Assembly: GCA_964019425.1 (NCBI GenBank)
Contig: OZ025781.1
Span: 1,612,001 to 1,676,000, forward strand
Length of the DNA: 64,000 bases
DNA from: Flectonema sp. DT1601
Taxonomy: Eukaryota
Reading direction: 5' to 3'
Shown here: in pieces, positions 22,307 to 35,503 of the stretch
Numbering within the stretch: position 1 is the stretch's first letter
How the letters are laid out: each line of letters starts with the position of its first letter
The notes under the pieces: model-generated
Told to the model about the DNA's origin: nothing
The model's database searches: none
Seen by the model: only the letters and a program-made list of their open reading frames with translations
Program-made: the position numbers and the translations under genes

Positions 22307-23860
22307 ATGGATCGAACTCCTATTCGTCGCCGTGATAAGAAGAGACAAGCAGCGGCTGGAGGAAGTGGTCTCTCAGCTGTTCGCAATGGAAACGGCAAGA
22401 GAGAAACTCTTCATAAGAGATGGGGTTCAACATGTGATCGTCTTTGTCAAGCTTGGGATTCTTTTGAAGTAGTTCAGAGTGAGAGAGAGAAATACGCTGG
22501 AAAGATGATGACTTCATTTACAGTAATGAATATTGATTTCATAGAAAAGGAAGTTGCAATACTTGAAAACATTCGTAAGATACGAGTATTGATATCAGAA
22601 ACTAGGAACACTCGACAACAACTATTAGACAGACTGTCACGACTCTGTAATAAACTAACCATCGCAGTTGATTCTGCACTGTTCTCTAATGAATTACATC
22701 TCCTGATTAGATTATTAAGAGGTAAAGCTAGAGAGTTAATGGAGCATTGGGTAGCTTTAGAGGTTCATGTGAAACCAGCAACTGTACTCCCACCTCCACC
22801 ATTCTCAATGAGTGAAATCGTGAATGATGTGGCAGATATTATTAAAGGAACTCCTGCGGAGCCTAAACTTGGATTCAATGCCAATGGTAATCCTTTCTTA
22901 CACCCATCTTGTCCACCGAAGACAAAACCAGAACAGTTAACTCAGCAAGAGGAAGTTCAGATTGCAAAGATTCTCAGATGTCTTGGTAAGAACATGCCTT
23001 ATGGTCCTGAATGGATTGATCATTGTGACAGTGAGAGTTACACAACGAATACTGCTAGCGATGATGATAACACCTTAACTGAATTACTTACACTTACAAC
23101 AACAGTAGTTGCTGCTTCCGTAATGATGTCTGCAATTGAAGAGTGTACTCTGTTACGCGATGCAGTAAATGAAGATCAGGTACAATTTGAGCTCTCAATG
23201 GATGAGTTTGATGACTCAGTGTTGGCATCTCCTTATCACGTTCCAATCGGTACAAAAAGAGTTCTCAGCCCACTAACACCTGCAACACCAGACATACCTG
23301 ATGAGGTGCCACCTGTGCATACATCGTCAAGCCAGCAGCAGGTTAGACGGATGCAAGACCGTGCAAATACCATGAGGGCAATCTTCGATAAGGGAGGTAA
23401 AAAAGATCTCCCTCCACTTGCAAGTCCCGCAGCGATGCGACGGGAGTCGACCCCATCAAAGAAGAGACGTTCGTCTACTTTGTTCCCTGCTGGTCCAACT
23501 TGTGCTTTAGAAATCCTCCGTCAGGTAGTAGTTAGTGAAAGAGTATCAACATTGCTGTCTTTCATGCAGGTGTCGGTGAAGGCAGCGATGCCAGAATCTC
23601 ATCAACATTTCTATCTGCTGTCGCAGCTATTCAAGAAGGATAATTATCCGAAGGCAAACGCTTCGCGACTTCAGAGAACTAGTTCTGAGGGTGAAGAGGA
23701 GAGCCGTCTTTCACAAGTCTTTAAACTACTCAACAAAACAAAAGTTGTCGAGCCCTTCGCAACATCAGCAAAGACTAGAGCAGGGATTATTCAAGTAGGA
23801 GGGGCAGCGGAAAGCAGTAAAGCTGGCCAGTTACTATGGAGAACATTTTCAGCTACGTGA
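22307..23860 (+). CDS. Hypothetical protein, 517 aa, helical N-terminal half
   Basis: Long ORF with coding-like composition and an upstream splice acceptor (AG at 22290-22291). No family recognised. Confidence 0.75.
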   Translation: MDRTPIRRRDKKRQAAAGGSGLSAVRNGNGKRETLHKRWGSTCDRLCQAWDSFEVVQSEREKYAGKMMTSFTVMNIDFIEKEVAILENIRKIRVLISETRNTRQQLLDRLSRLCNKLTIAVDSALFSNELHLLIRLLRGKARELMEHWVALEVHVKPATVLPPPPFSMSEIVNDVADIIKGTPAEPKLGFNANGNPFLHPSCPPKTKPEQLTQQEEVQIAKILRCLGKNMPYGPEWIDHCDSESYTTNTASDDDNTLTELLTLTTTVVAASVMMSAIEECTLLRDAVNEDQVQFELSMDEFDDSVLASPYHVPIGTKRVLSPLTPATPDIPDEVPPVHTSSSQQQVRRMQDRANTMRAIFDKGGKKDLPPLASPAAMRRESTPSKKRRSSTLFPAGPTCALEILRQVVVSERVSTLLSFMQVSVKAAMPESHQHFYLLSQLFKKDNYPKANASRLQRTSSEGEEESRLSQVFKLLNKTKVVEPFATSAKTRAGIIQVGGAAESSKAGQLLWRTFSAT

Positions 23861-24591
23861 TACCTTCAGCATGTGCCAAGCTTCTTCCCCGAAAGGGGCA
23901 GGCAGTTGGCTATCAGGCTGCTTGATCATGTAGCGCAGACTTACAATCAGGATCATCACTGCTAAGGTGATGTCCCTCATGTGAGAGGTTATCTACGTTT
24001 TAGAACCGAGGGTAGTCTTACGGTTATAATTGTTAGTATATTTTCAATTGCGTTTTAGTTTTTGTTACATTCGTTTTCGTTGCTTATTCTTTTCGTGAGT
24101 TTTTCGGCTTTTTTTTTTTTGTAGCCCTATTTTAGTCTTTTTCAGTTGTATTTTTTTTTTTTTTTTTTTTTTTTCCCGTTCTCTTTTCCCTTTGCCTCAT
24201 TTTTTTTCCGATGTGAAAAAAAAAAAGTAAAAAAAAAAAAAAAAAAAATAGGTAATATCAGACCCGAAATGTTTGGTAAAAGTTTTTTTCGGATATTTTG
24301 CGAGAGTTGAGAAACCAAGTACTCCTAACTACAGAGTGGTACTCGTTATTAGCGTAAGCCGTTACGGCAAAAAATGCTATTTTTTTTATCAGCCTCGGTA
24401 TTTAGTTGTGAATTCTCCTCAAAATACCTTTTTTTTTTTTTTTTCAGATTATTATGCCTGTGTCATTTGGTGTTTTTATTATTTTTTATCCCAAGTCTGT
24501 ATTCTTTAAGGGGCAGTTACTATCACGTGCAAAGAAGGTTTACCACAAGCAATACTTGCAGATTAACAATGGTGCATTGTATGTAACTAAA

Positions 24592-24628
<37 letters not shown>

Positions 24629-24816
24629 ATTCATACCAAATCCATGAGTAAGTTGGATTGAATAACTAACGTACAACGCGATGAGTAGGACAGGACTGAC
24701 ACCGCAGTGTCCCCCTTGCTTTCGCTGAAGAGGGCGGTAAGGGGAATGGTCCGAAGAAATTTTTTGTTTAATCTTAACCCGAAACTAACTATTATCTGTT
24801 TGTTGTCCTACGAAAT

Positions 24817-24848
<32 letters not shown>

Positions 24849-26611
24849 GATTGATAATTATTATGACTATCTATTGTTACTAAATACAGTATTATTTTGA
24901 GTTCATCTTTTTTCTATACAAAAAAAAATAAATAAATAATGTTAACTCGTATTATTATTCTTCTTAGGAGCGCAACAAAAAGCTTCTCCAGCATTAAAAA
25001 AAAAACAAAAAAAAACACATGAATATATATTTTTTTTTTTATTCATTCAATTTTCTGATGTAGTGCGTGAAGTTTTTTTCTTGGCCCTCGTAAAACTACG
25101 TAGTCTCTGGATACTCAACTCTCACAGTATTCGCTCAGGAAACTTCGTTTAGATTAAGAGTCATAATGGGGAGTAGAACTTCCATAAGGAATTTTGTAAA
25201 GATTTTGTAAAGAGTCTTTTTCATTTAGAGGAAACGTTATTGTGTTCCTACTCACTGTTGATATAGGCAAGCGGTCATGAGACAAAAAAAAAAAAAAAAA
25301 AAAAACGATTGATTCATCAATCAGTTCTTTAGTATTGATTTGTTTAGTAATTTTTTTTTTTTAATTTTTTTTTATGAAAGAACCTCCGATTATAATACAA
25401 TTTTGAAAACTCATAATTTTTATACAAAATTAATTTAACGACACGCACCCCGAGAGGAAAAGATTCTTAGGTTTTTTAACCCATACACACGAGGGTGTTT
25501 TTTTTATTTTTTTATTTTTTGTATGAAATTTGAGGTTTCGGAAACTTTCTCTGTTGGGGGTTTTTTCTTTTTTTTTTTTTTATATAGTACTTTTGTTAAG
25601 TGGTAAGATGTTTCAGATGTAAAAAAAAACTTGTAGTAGTCTTCTTTGTACTGCAGATAATCTGAATGTCTTCGACGTCCTTAATGGGATGCCCCCTCCT
25701 TATCTGTGTAACGGAGCTGTTCAGTCTCGTCTCTAATATAGCACTCAATCAAGTATTCCTCGAAGCGATAGAGATTTGATGTATTTCAGTCTTAACTCAA
25801 CAGTCTATTCTGTTTTTTTTTTCTTTTCTTTTTTTTTTTCAATAGTTTCATTCTGCCCTCTGGTTGCCTTTTTTTTTTTCTTTCTTTTTTGTCTTCTAAA
25901 GTCTTAGTAATTCTTTTTCTTTACTGTACGGACATTGATTCTCTCTTTAATTAGAGAGGTCAAAAAAGCACCGTCTTGCTAGGATGAAATCCGTAGTTCG
26001 CCTAAGCATGCGTATCGTCTGGTGTTATTTATTGATTTTGTCTAATCAAGCTGTAGAGTAAATTTATAATGTTTAGATTACTGGTAGTCTACGGCCACAC
26101 TCTATTTCACTATTTTACTTGTCCCATGTGTGATTGTTACTAATGTGAGGTAGTGGTAATAAGCGGTGAGTTCGATGTGTTCTGTTTGTCTAGATCATTT
26201 TCCTATTGGATTATTATTCAATAGAAACAGTTTGTTGTTCTTCATACGGATTTATGGTCATTAGAAACTTGCCTTTAACAACCTGCTAATCTGTAAGATT
26301 TTTCAAAAGTATTTCTTGCGTCTGTTGGTGACAAACAAAAACTGACTTTCAGTTTTTGATTTTCACCTGTTCTTTTTACCCCCTATCCACAAAAATGAAG
26401 AAGGGAAAAAGAAAAGAAAAAGAAAAAGTTCCTTTTCTTAGTTATAGTATTTGTTTTGCGTCGTCTTGTTGAACAGTTTACTGAAGAAATTTCATTTTTA
26501 TTTTGTTTTAACAGCAATATTAGTGATAGTGGCTGAACAGGAATAGGATTAGATTCAGGTTCTAATTTATTTTATTTAACTTATTCATCACAGGCAAAGC
26601 AGCAGTTGAAG

Positions 26612-27970
26612 ATGGGCTGCAGTGATAGCAGTGAAAAAAAGCCTTCAACAGCTGAAGCACCTGCCAAACACGGAGGTCAATCCTCTTCTGTAAAACAAGC
26701 GGATAAAGCCGCACAAAAGAGTCGATACCTTGAGAGTGATGACTGGCCTTGGTCAAGGCCACATCCGCAGAAGTTAGTGTCGACTGGGAGTCGTGGAGGG
26801 TTACCTGACTTCTTTTATTCGAAAGTTTATTTGAATAGTTTTAAGATTCTGAATGCAGTAGAAGCGAAGGCATACGAAGCCTACCAAAATGAAGAACTTG
26901 AGTTGGCCAGGGAAATCCTGAAAAATGGAGACAGCAATGCCACAGTCAGCCCACATGAAGACATGCCACTGAGCCCAGTCCTGTCACCTATGGGTGGATT
27001 GGATATACAACCAATGTTGGAGAGAACTCGCGGAGGGTCTGTCAGTGCAGAAGCAAACACTCTGGCAAAAGATAAAGGACCAACTGAGGAACCTAAAACA
27101 CCTCGTACCATGGAGTCTCTAACAGGTAGCGTTCGCCGTTGTCCTCTATTTAGCCATTTGAGTTCCAACTTCAACGAACACGAAAAGATTGCTTCTGCAA
27201 TGACCCGCCGAGTCTTCGAACCAGGCGAAGTCATCTACTCCGCATCTGAAGTGCCTTCTGAAGAACTACGAGGTTGGTATGTTGTCATGTCAGGTAAGGG
27301 ACTAATAAAAAGAAGAGCTGTAAAGGAAGTAAGAATGCCGGGGGATTTCTTTGGTGAGATGATGGTAAATAACACCACATCAAAGAGTCCGATAGACGTA
27401 AAAGCTGCAGCAGGTGAAAAAATGGTTGCCTACTGTCTGTCCCCTAGTGATTATTCTCAACTGGTTGCAGGAATTGCTCACAGAAAACGTGTTCATCTGA
27501 AGGCAGAACTAACAAAAGTTAAGTTTGCAGATACCTGTCCATTTGCAGAAATGACAGAGGGACAGCTGGCTCAGTTGGCTGACTGTCTTGTTGAGCGTCA
27601 CTACTTAGCTGGGCAGCATATTATAAAATATGGTGAGCCAGGTAGACATGCTCACATTATATTAAAGGGAACTGTTCATGTTGTAGGAAGAAAGAGTAGC
27701 AAGAGATTTAAAGTTTGTGAATTTAGAGAAGGTGAAGACCCTGTTGGTTTTCTTGAGTTCTTCAATCCTAACGGTGAACCTGACTTGACCATTGCTGACG
27801 TTATTGCGGATCCTCATAACTCAGCAGGTGTTACTACTGCTTGTATCAGTCGTGAGCAGTTTGAGAGATGCATGGGACCCATCAAAGAGCTACTTCATGA
27901 TGTGGCTGATCATTCTAATGTGTATGAGTATTACCGTGCTGTAAAACAAAAGGCACTTGCGGAAAAGTAA
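26612..27970 (+). CDS. PKAR: PKA regulatory-subunit-like protein with two divergent cyclic-nucleotide-binding domains, N-terminal MGC acylation motif
   Basis: Inhibitor-like RTRGGSVSAE, CNB-A (FFGEM), CNB-B (IIKYGEPG...GFLEF...IADVIA), C-terminal YEYY. Confidence 0.8.
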   Translation: MGCSDSSEKKPSTAEAPAKHGGQSSSVKQADKAAQKSRYLESDDWPWSRPHPQKLVSTGSRGGLPDFFYSKVYLNSFKILNAVEAKAYEAYQNEELELAREILKNGDSNATVSPHEDMPLSPVLSPMGGLDIQPMLERTRGGSVSAEANTLAKDKGPTEEPKTPRTMESLTGSVRRCPLFSHLSSNFNEHEKIASAMTRRVFEPGEVIYSASEVPSEELRGWYVVMSGKGLIKRRAVKEVRMPGDFFGEMMVNNTTSKSPIDVKAAAGEKMVAYCLSPSDYSQLVAGIAHRKRVHLKAELTKVKFADTCPFAEMTEGQLAQLADCLVERHYLAGQHIIKYGEPGRHAHIILKGTVHVVGRKSSKRFKVCEFREGEDPVGFLEFFNPNGEPDLTIADVIADPHNSAGVTTACISREQFERCMGPIKELLHDVADHSNVYEYYRAVKQKALAEK

Positions 27971-29127
27971 TGCGGGGAAGGGGAGAACTCATATGTCCAC
28001 TGTTTCCTTTCCCTTCAGTGTTTTCTTATTAAAGAGAAAATCGATTTAATGATTTGGATCAAAAACTGCAACAAGTGGTACTTAATAAAAGTGTTTTTTT
28101 TTTTTTTATTGCAGAAGTTTTATTTTGTATATTCCTTTCCTCCCCTGTTCTTTTTATTATTATTATTTTATTTCCTCTATCGTTTACGTCGTTTGTGTTG
28201 AGGAAATTAATAAGATCCTTCCCTTTGAAGGGGTACAAGTATGATCCTTAAAGATAAGACTTTTGTTGGTTACTTCTCATGTTCGCCATCGCGGCTGCCA
28301 CTTATGAGAGCCTCAGATGATGTTTCATAAAAAAGAAAAGGAAACTCGTAATTAGAATCCCAATTGCCCCCGTGGCTTACTCGTGTATACAAAAAAAAAA
28401 AAAAAAAGAAGAAGAAGAAGAAAAAAAAAAACTGTTTTTAAATAAATAAATAATAGTAGTGATGGAATCATTCTTGACAGGGTGTTTTTCGTTTGCACTA
28501 TTTTTCTTTTTTTTTTTTTTTTCTTCCCCCATCGTGAACACAACTTTCCACGCGAATACACAAGAAATACCTCTCCTGTCTTACTCACGCGGTCAACGTG
28601 ATTAGAAGTACCTCCTTTCTCCTTTTACTTCGTTTTTTAATTCTAATTCGGTTTTCGGAACTTGTTTCTACGATATTTGTTTGTTCTCATTCTTGTTGTT
28701 CCCTTTTGGGTAGTTTGATCTCCAAAGCAGTAGGTGATCTTGTATTGCAAGTATAGCTTTTTAATACTTTCTTTGATTCATTTATCGTAGAGAGTTGTTC
28801 CTTTATTTATTTACACGACATTCAATTCACATTCTTGGAGTCGTTGTTCTCTTTTATTTTATTTACACAAAATCAAATGAGCATAATTCTAACCTTTTTT
28901 TATGCAGAATCGTTGAGTTCTCGCAGCCTAAGGATATTCTCAAAAAAGCTGGGAGTACATTAGCTTTTTCTGTCATCATGTACATTTGCACTCTTTTTTT
29001 TGTATAATATTCTCCTACACATTTATGAACCAATCCCCTTCCTTAATGTCTCGTCCCCCGTATCCTTATTATTGTTACTGTTGGGTATTGTAAACTTTTT
29101 TAATTTATTAAATTCAAAGACAACACA

Positions 29128-30594
29128 ATGGCGGATGCTGCAATGTACACTCCCGATGATGAGGATGAGGACACAGCTCCTCTTCTTGAAGAGAAAGATG
29201 AACAAGATGACGTTGACCCTACTATAATGAATACAATAGCTCCTGGTGCAATGCCTACTGGAAAGCCTTTTGAAGACATACCACCCCCACCTCCAAAGCT
29301 GAGAGAAGTAGGGGTTTGGGTACACCCTCAAGAAAGAGGAATGAGAGAGTGGTATCACTTAAGCTGCAGATCGTGTGATTCACCAGTGACATTCCCATGG
29401 TTGGGATTTTCTAGTGTTTCTTGCCCCGTATGTCAGACTAATAACAATACGCAGGGTGCTACTGTCGCACCTTTGCCGACTGCGAGGATTCAGGCACAGG
29501 CAAAGATTGATGAAACGAACTTGCAAAAGATTGTCGATTCTGAGAAGAAGTCTCATATTGCAGCTAAGAAATTCGCAGACAAATTTAAATGGATGAAGAG
29601 ACGAGGTGATTCTATTGAGCGATTGTTCTTTGGAAAACCATTTCGCTATGGGAACTTTAAGATCTATCTTAATGGAAAGGTCATCCTATCTCCCACCTCA
29701 TCATACTACATTATTCCTCCTCTCATAATTATGGGTCCTTTATTCACACTAAATTACCTTCCTGGCATTAACCCAACTTGGGTGGCTTTTTGTAATGCTG
29801 TCATAGCAATAGCCATGATCGCTATCGCTGTATGTAATTTTTATTTATGTGTTATTGTTATAAAGAGATATGTAAGTAATTCAATAAATAAACAACAGCT
29901 TGCACACCTTGTAGAACCTGGTATTTTAGTAAAGGGAACTCCTCAACTTCCAAAACAAGATATTTACGAAGAAGTGAAAGGTCATATTGTTCCAAAGAAA
30001 TGGTGTCGAACATGTCACTGTTACAGAACAGAACGAGCGAGTCATTGTGCTGAGTGCGATGGTATGTTTTCTGTTGGTTTAGGTTAACTTTTTAGAAAAC
30101 ACTTTTTTCTTTTTTAAAAAAAAAAAAAAAATAACACAGTTTGTGTCGACCGATTTGATCACCATTGTCACATCACTGGAACTTGCGTCGGGGCCAGGAA
30201 TTACAAACAGTTCTTCGTTTTTGTTTTCGGTGTTATATTGAGTGACATGGTCGCAATGATACTAATCGCTCACCGACTGATGTTTGTGGAATACGCAAAG
30301 ACTGATCTACACCGCAGAGGAACCCTCATGGTTGTAGGGATTATTGGTCTTGTTTGGGCTGTTTTAACAACGAAAATGATGTTTAACATGGGATGCATGA
30401 TTTTATACATGATTTCCAACGCCCTCACCACCCGAGAACTAGTCAAGGGAGTTTGGAGTGCAAACAAGAATCCTTACGACACTGGCAGTAAGCTGAAGAA
30501 CGCTTTATCATTTTTCAAAGCTCCTCCCAGTCTTATTTGGGGAAAGTCCCAAAATGAATTGGAAGAGATGGGCAGTAACAAGGAACCATGTTGA
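29128..30594 (+). CDS. DHHC palmitoyltransferase with N-terminal C4 zinc finger; introns 29830-29898 and 30062-30139
   Basis: Splicing gives [43 protein letters not shown]. TTRE and NPYDTG motifs present. Confidence 0.92.
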
Positions 30595-31053
30595 TTCATT
30601 GATGTTTAAACTTGTCGGTAATACTACTATTAAGTTGGATAAAAAAGTTAGATCAAAGACTTTGATAGTTCGAGTACCCGGTCGAATTCTACATCCTCTG
30701 TTTCCCTCAATTATATATAATTGTTTCAAGTTTTTTCGCAGGTCGCGCCAACACTAGCGATCTGGTTTTTTTTTTTTTTTTTTTTTTTTTTTCCCGAGAA
30801 TAATATAACGCATTAAGAATGGGCGTCGAGTCCCCTGTTTTCCGTTTATGCTGTCCCTCTTATACACGGATGGAGAAAAAGGAAAGTATTTCTTCTTGCT
30901 GTGTTTTGGGTTTCGAAGTTGCTCAAACAATGTATGAGTTCTTTGTAACAGAAACTAGACAATAAAACTTTAAAGTCATCTTTTTATTGAATTAGAAAAA
31001 AGATTTGATTATAAACAATCAATTACTTCAGAGTAGAGTAGTACACAAAAAAC

Positions 31054-32350
31054 ATGTCATCGCTCGATGAAATCGCAGCGTCTGCTGTTCCTTGGCAGTC
31101 GAAGACTGACATGTACAAATCGCTAATTGAGAAAATGGTAGCGGAACGTAACATTGCTGGACTTGGTCAAATAATCCCAGAAATGATGAAAGAATCAGTT
31201 CCAACTACTACTGCCAGACCTATCGTTGAAGAGTGGTCTAATAAGACTCTTGATATTCCAGAGTCAAGAGGTGTAGAAGGAGAGAAACCTCGACTAGATC
31301 ACGATGATATGATTAGATTAGGACACGACGCCCTCAATGAACTTCAAAAAAGAGCTTCTTCATTCCAAGAACAAATAATAGTAGCAAGAGATGTCCTGTC
31401 TTGGGTATACCAAGACAAAGAAGAATGGTCCCGAGCTGCAGATGTCTTAAAAAAGATTCCAATGGATAGCGCTGTCATTACTGAGAAGGGAGATGTCTTT
31501 CGTGTTTCTCTTTTCATTAGAATTGCTAGACTGTACCTTGAAGACGAAGAATACTATCAAGCTGATCAATGGGTTAATAAAGCATGGCCTTTAATGAAAT
31601 CTGATATGGATGAGTCTTTACAACTTCAGTTTAACGCATCATTCGCAAGAGTTCACGATGGAAAACGTCGTTTTTTTGATGCGGCGAGGAAATATTATGA
31701 TCTAAGTCATTTGGTAGGTCCAGATGAGCAGGCGTCTGCCCTTCGATCAGCGATTATTTGTGTTATGTTGGCTGATGCTGGTCCTCGTAGATCTCGACTA
31801 CTTGCGTCACTTTGTAAAGATGAGCGAACACAGAAACTGTCAGATGTTTATCCTGTTCTACGAAAGATGTATTTAGACAGAATGATAACTCCAACAGAAA
31901 TGGAAAGTATTGAATTTCAAGGACATCATCTCAGTATAGCTGAAGATGGTTCTACCGCAGTAGACAAAGCAGTTTTACAACACAACTTACGATCAGCATC
32001 AAAACTTTATTGTAATATTTCATTCGTAGAACTTGGCTCTCTGTTGGATATCACACTTGAAAAAGCCGAACGAGTCGCTGCTAAAATGATAAGCGAAGGT
32101 CGGTTAAATGGAAATGTATGTTTTTTTTTTTTTTTTCTTCTATTTTTAACATTATATTAATACTTGATTTAGCTACTTAAAGCAAAAAAAAAAACTAAAA
32201 CAGATTGACCAGTCAAAAGAGGTACTCATCTTCACTGATAATGAATCTGTTTTTAATAAGTGGGATACTCAAATTCAAATAGTTTGTAATAACGTGAACA
32301 GTATCAGTGAGACGATATGCGCAAAGCATCCTGAATACAGAACCAGCTGA
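31054..32350 (+). CDS. COPS4: COP9 signalosome subunit 4; intron 32116-32203
   Basis: IARLYLED, LADAGPRRSRLLASLCKDER, AVLQHNLRSASKLYCNISF (PCI domain). Spliced end IDQ...KWDTQI...CNNVN. Confidence 0.92.
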
Positions 32351-32913
32351 GCACATCACTACACTATTCTGTTTATGATGTACTATTTCTGACTACTGTC
32401 GCAAAAAAAAAAAAAAAAAGAAGAAGAAGAAGAAACAAAATATAAAACATAACAAAAGCTTAGCATTAGAGTATGGGGTGCTTTGTTGTTGTTAGTTGGG
32501 CCATTTGCTTTCATCCTCTTGGGCTGGGCTGGCTATTGAGAATTAACTCTACTTGATATGTATAGTCGATCGAAAGCATGTCTTATTGCATTAAAATAAT
32601 AACGAAATAATAAATTAGGCTACGACGACAAAAAAAAAAAAAAAAAAAAAAAAGGAAAAATAACAAGAAAAAATATAGGAGGAGGAAAAAAAAAAAAAAA
32701 ATGGGATTTTTTAAAAAAACTTTTTTTAGTTGAAAAACATTTTGTTATTCGGTACCTTACCACCCTCGCCTGCGGGAGCCGAATCTGTTTTATCGGAGCT
32801 GTCCTGATGTGTGAATACTTATTGTTGAGAACAGGAGAAACATTACAAAAATGACTTTTTTTGAATCTTGTATGCTACGTACTAAAAATACTTTCATTTT
32901 TCAGGTTGGGAAT

Positions 32914-34848
32914 ATGCAGCCAGATTATGTCGTCCGGCAACTACAGCCGAGTGACGAGGCAGCGATAGCTCGATGGCGGAGTGACGCAGAGATTGGTGTG
33001 CCTGGTTACAGAATGCTTGCAAAGGGAAGTCGCAAAGAATATCGAACAAGGCTAACATCATATGACAGGTGGAAGTCTGTTGTCGTTGAAAAGAATACCC
33101 CGAGTGGGAAGACCGTTCCAGTAGCATGTTGCGGATGGGGAGTCAAAGATGTATTATGTAAGCGTGAACGTGTTTCAATGGTCTACGTAATGGATGGAGC
33201 TACAAACCCCGCAGACAAAGAGAGTCTCGCAGTTGGCATGCAAAGTCGAGCGGTAACTTCCTGGAAGGAACAATTCGATGGTGAGTACGCTAGTTGTTGC
33301 TCTACAGGAAATGTTGGAACAATCGACATGCAAACATTATTACATAATGGATTCTCCGCTCTTGGTTCTTGTCGGGTTTATGGTTGGCCCGATGACGAAC
33401 ACAAGCAATGGTGTGCAAAAATTGCCTACCCTCCTGCAAACGTTGAATCTATTCACATTCCACGAGCTAATATTGATATCTTAAATTTCTGGGAACGCGC
33501 GTTCGGAAAACTAAACCTGTTCCCAGTCGGTCTCAGAGACTTATTAGAACACCCTGGATACTTGGGAAGTATATTAACAAAAGCTGAAGGCACTCCAGCC
33601 TGGGGATGTGCCAGTCGATGGTGCCGCAATGCAGAAGCACCGATGCTGCTAGATAATGGTGTTCAGTTAAAGTACGAACTTATTTGCTTCATTGGTGGGT
33701 CAGGTGACCCAAACCTATCTCTGGAAGCAGTTCGAATAGCTGCTGATACTGCTATTGCAGAAGGTGCTGATATGGTGTTTGCTGTTATAGACGAAGGTGG
33801 TGATCCCCAAATTCGTCTTGCACTTGAAAACCTGACCCCGTCCTGCATGCGGTATGTTAATGGAGCAAAGCTGAAGGGTAGAAATTTACTTCCGAACTCA
33901 ACGCTGCCAACCTTTTGGGATCCTCGAGATATGGGAATCATTTATTCATTAGTGAGAAATGACACCTCACTATTGCCGTCGAGGCTGAAGAATGACTTAA
34001 CTCTTTTACCGAAAGAAATGATAGAATTCGTGTCTGGTGATGAAACGATGCCTTCAATTGAAAACTGCAGCACAGCTACTCCAGAAGTTATGGGTGAAGA
34101 CTCGCGCAGTGATGAAAAGAAGCTGAGACAACGAAAAGAGAGAAAGATAATACCACCCACGCCTGAAATCACAGCCTGTCACTACATTCTCGTCCTCTAC
34201 ACGATTGGCTTTTTCGCTGGCATGGCCTACCTCTTTAGCGCTGCTGAGCGCGGAACTCCCGGAGTTCGAACACCACTTGAGCTTTGTAACGATACGGTGC
34301 AGTTTCTTGGCTTTCTTGCTGTAGGAGCAGTTCCCTTTTTCCCCCTAAATCCCGATATCCCAGCAGTGTGTCTGGCTTGTGCCTTCTCCTTTGGCTTCTC
34401 AGACCTGGACTTCTTCGACTTAAATCCGTATAGGGTAACCGTGTACGTAGTCAGTTTGTTTATAATTTCAACTCTAGTTTACCGAAAGGAAGATCCAACT
34501 ACTTTTGTACGTCTGGTCTTGGTGGTTGCTGGGTTCTTGCTATTCTGTAGGGCCAGTGCCTATGTGATTTTAAGATGGGTATGTTACATTTTTTTAATGT
34601 TTTTTTTATTATTAGAAAGTAATCACTTATTCCATTCAAAAACAATTAAACATCACAGCTCTCTGATTTAATACTTCCTAGTATACCTGGCGGCTCGTGT
34701 ACATGTCCTGTGAGTACTTGAAAGTAGCTAGTTTAATATAGGTATGACGCTCTTTGGTTGATAATTTCTTGGTAACAGATACTCAGTCGAGTATATTCGG
34801 AAGGTTTCAAAATAAAACCAACAGGTATCTAATGGCACTATACTCTAA
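32914..34848 (+). CDS. Putative GNAT-fold protein with C-terminal transmembrane segments; intron 34579-34658; 3' end uncertain (stop 34721, or 34848 after a second intron 34710-34824)
   Basis: N-terminal VVRQLQPSD...VACCGWGVKDV...VYVMD pattern resembles acyl-CoA N-acyltransferases. Several hydrophobic helices follow. Confidence 0.55.
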
Positions 34849-35503
34849 CCCAGTAAACTGGATTTGAGTTACATAAAGAAGCACTTCATAGGGGACGCTC
34901 TTCTTATTGTTTCACTGCTGTATTGTCCTGAAGCGGGTCGTTAGTTGTTTTCGACAAAAAAAAAAAAAAAAAAAAAATGACACAAATGAAACAACGTGCT
35001 TTTTCTCATTTTTTTAAAATTGCCAGCAAAAATGCTGTTTTTTAACAAGCCTCATGTACTCTTTGCGACAAAAAAAAAATTAAATAAATTAAAATTAACA
35101 GTACAATATATTACAATAAAAATAAAATAAAAATAAGACTCCTCAGGAGCGTAGAGTTGCGGCACTGCCCGCAAGGCATCATTCCGTATCGGAATGTTTT
35201 TGTTAGAGAATTCTAAATTACTTCTGTTAGGGTTTATTTCCTGTACCTACGTAACTTGTTCTCAACTTCAATGTGGTTTGTTTGATACTTTTCTGTTTCA
35301 TCTTGTTATTTGTATTTTTTTTTTTTAAATTTTTTAATTATTTTCAATTACAGACTAAACAATGTTTTTTTTGGCGGGCGTGTTTCATTCTTTTTTTTTT
35401 TTTTTATTCTGACCATACTGATGATTTGATAATGATCTATACTACTACAGTAACGGTAACATGTATCTATAAATTATTTATTTAAAGTTTAATATTTCTA
35501 AAG

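Noticed and set aside
25399..25547. Degenerate inverted repeat as a MITE
   Set aside because: Low identity, AT-rich, no definable TSD.
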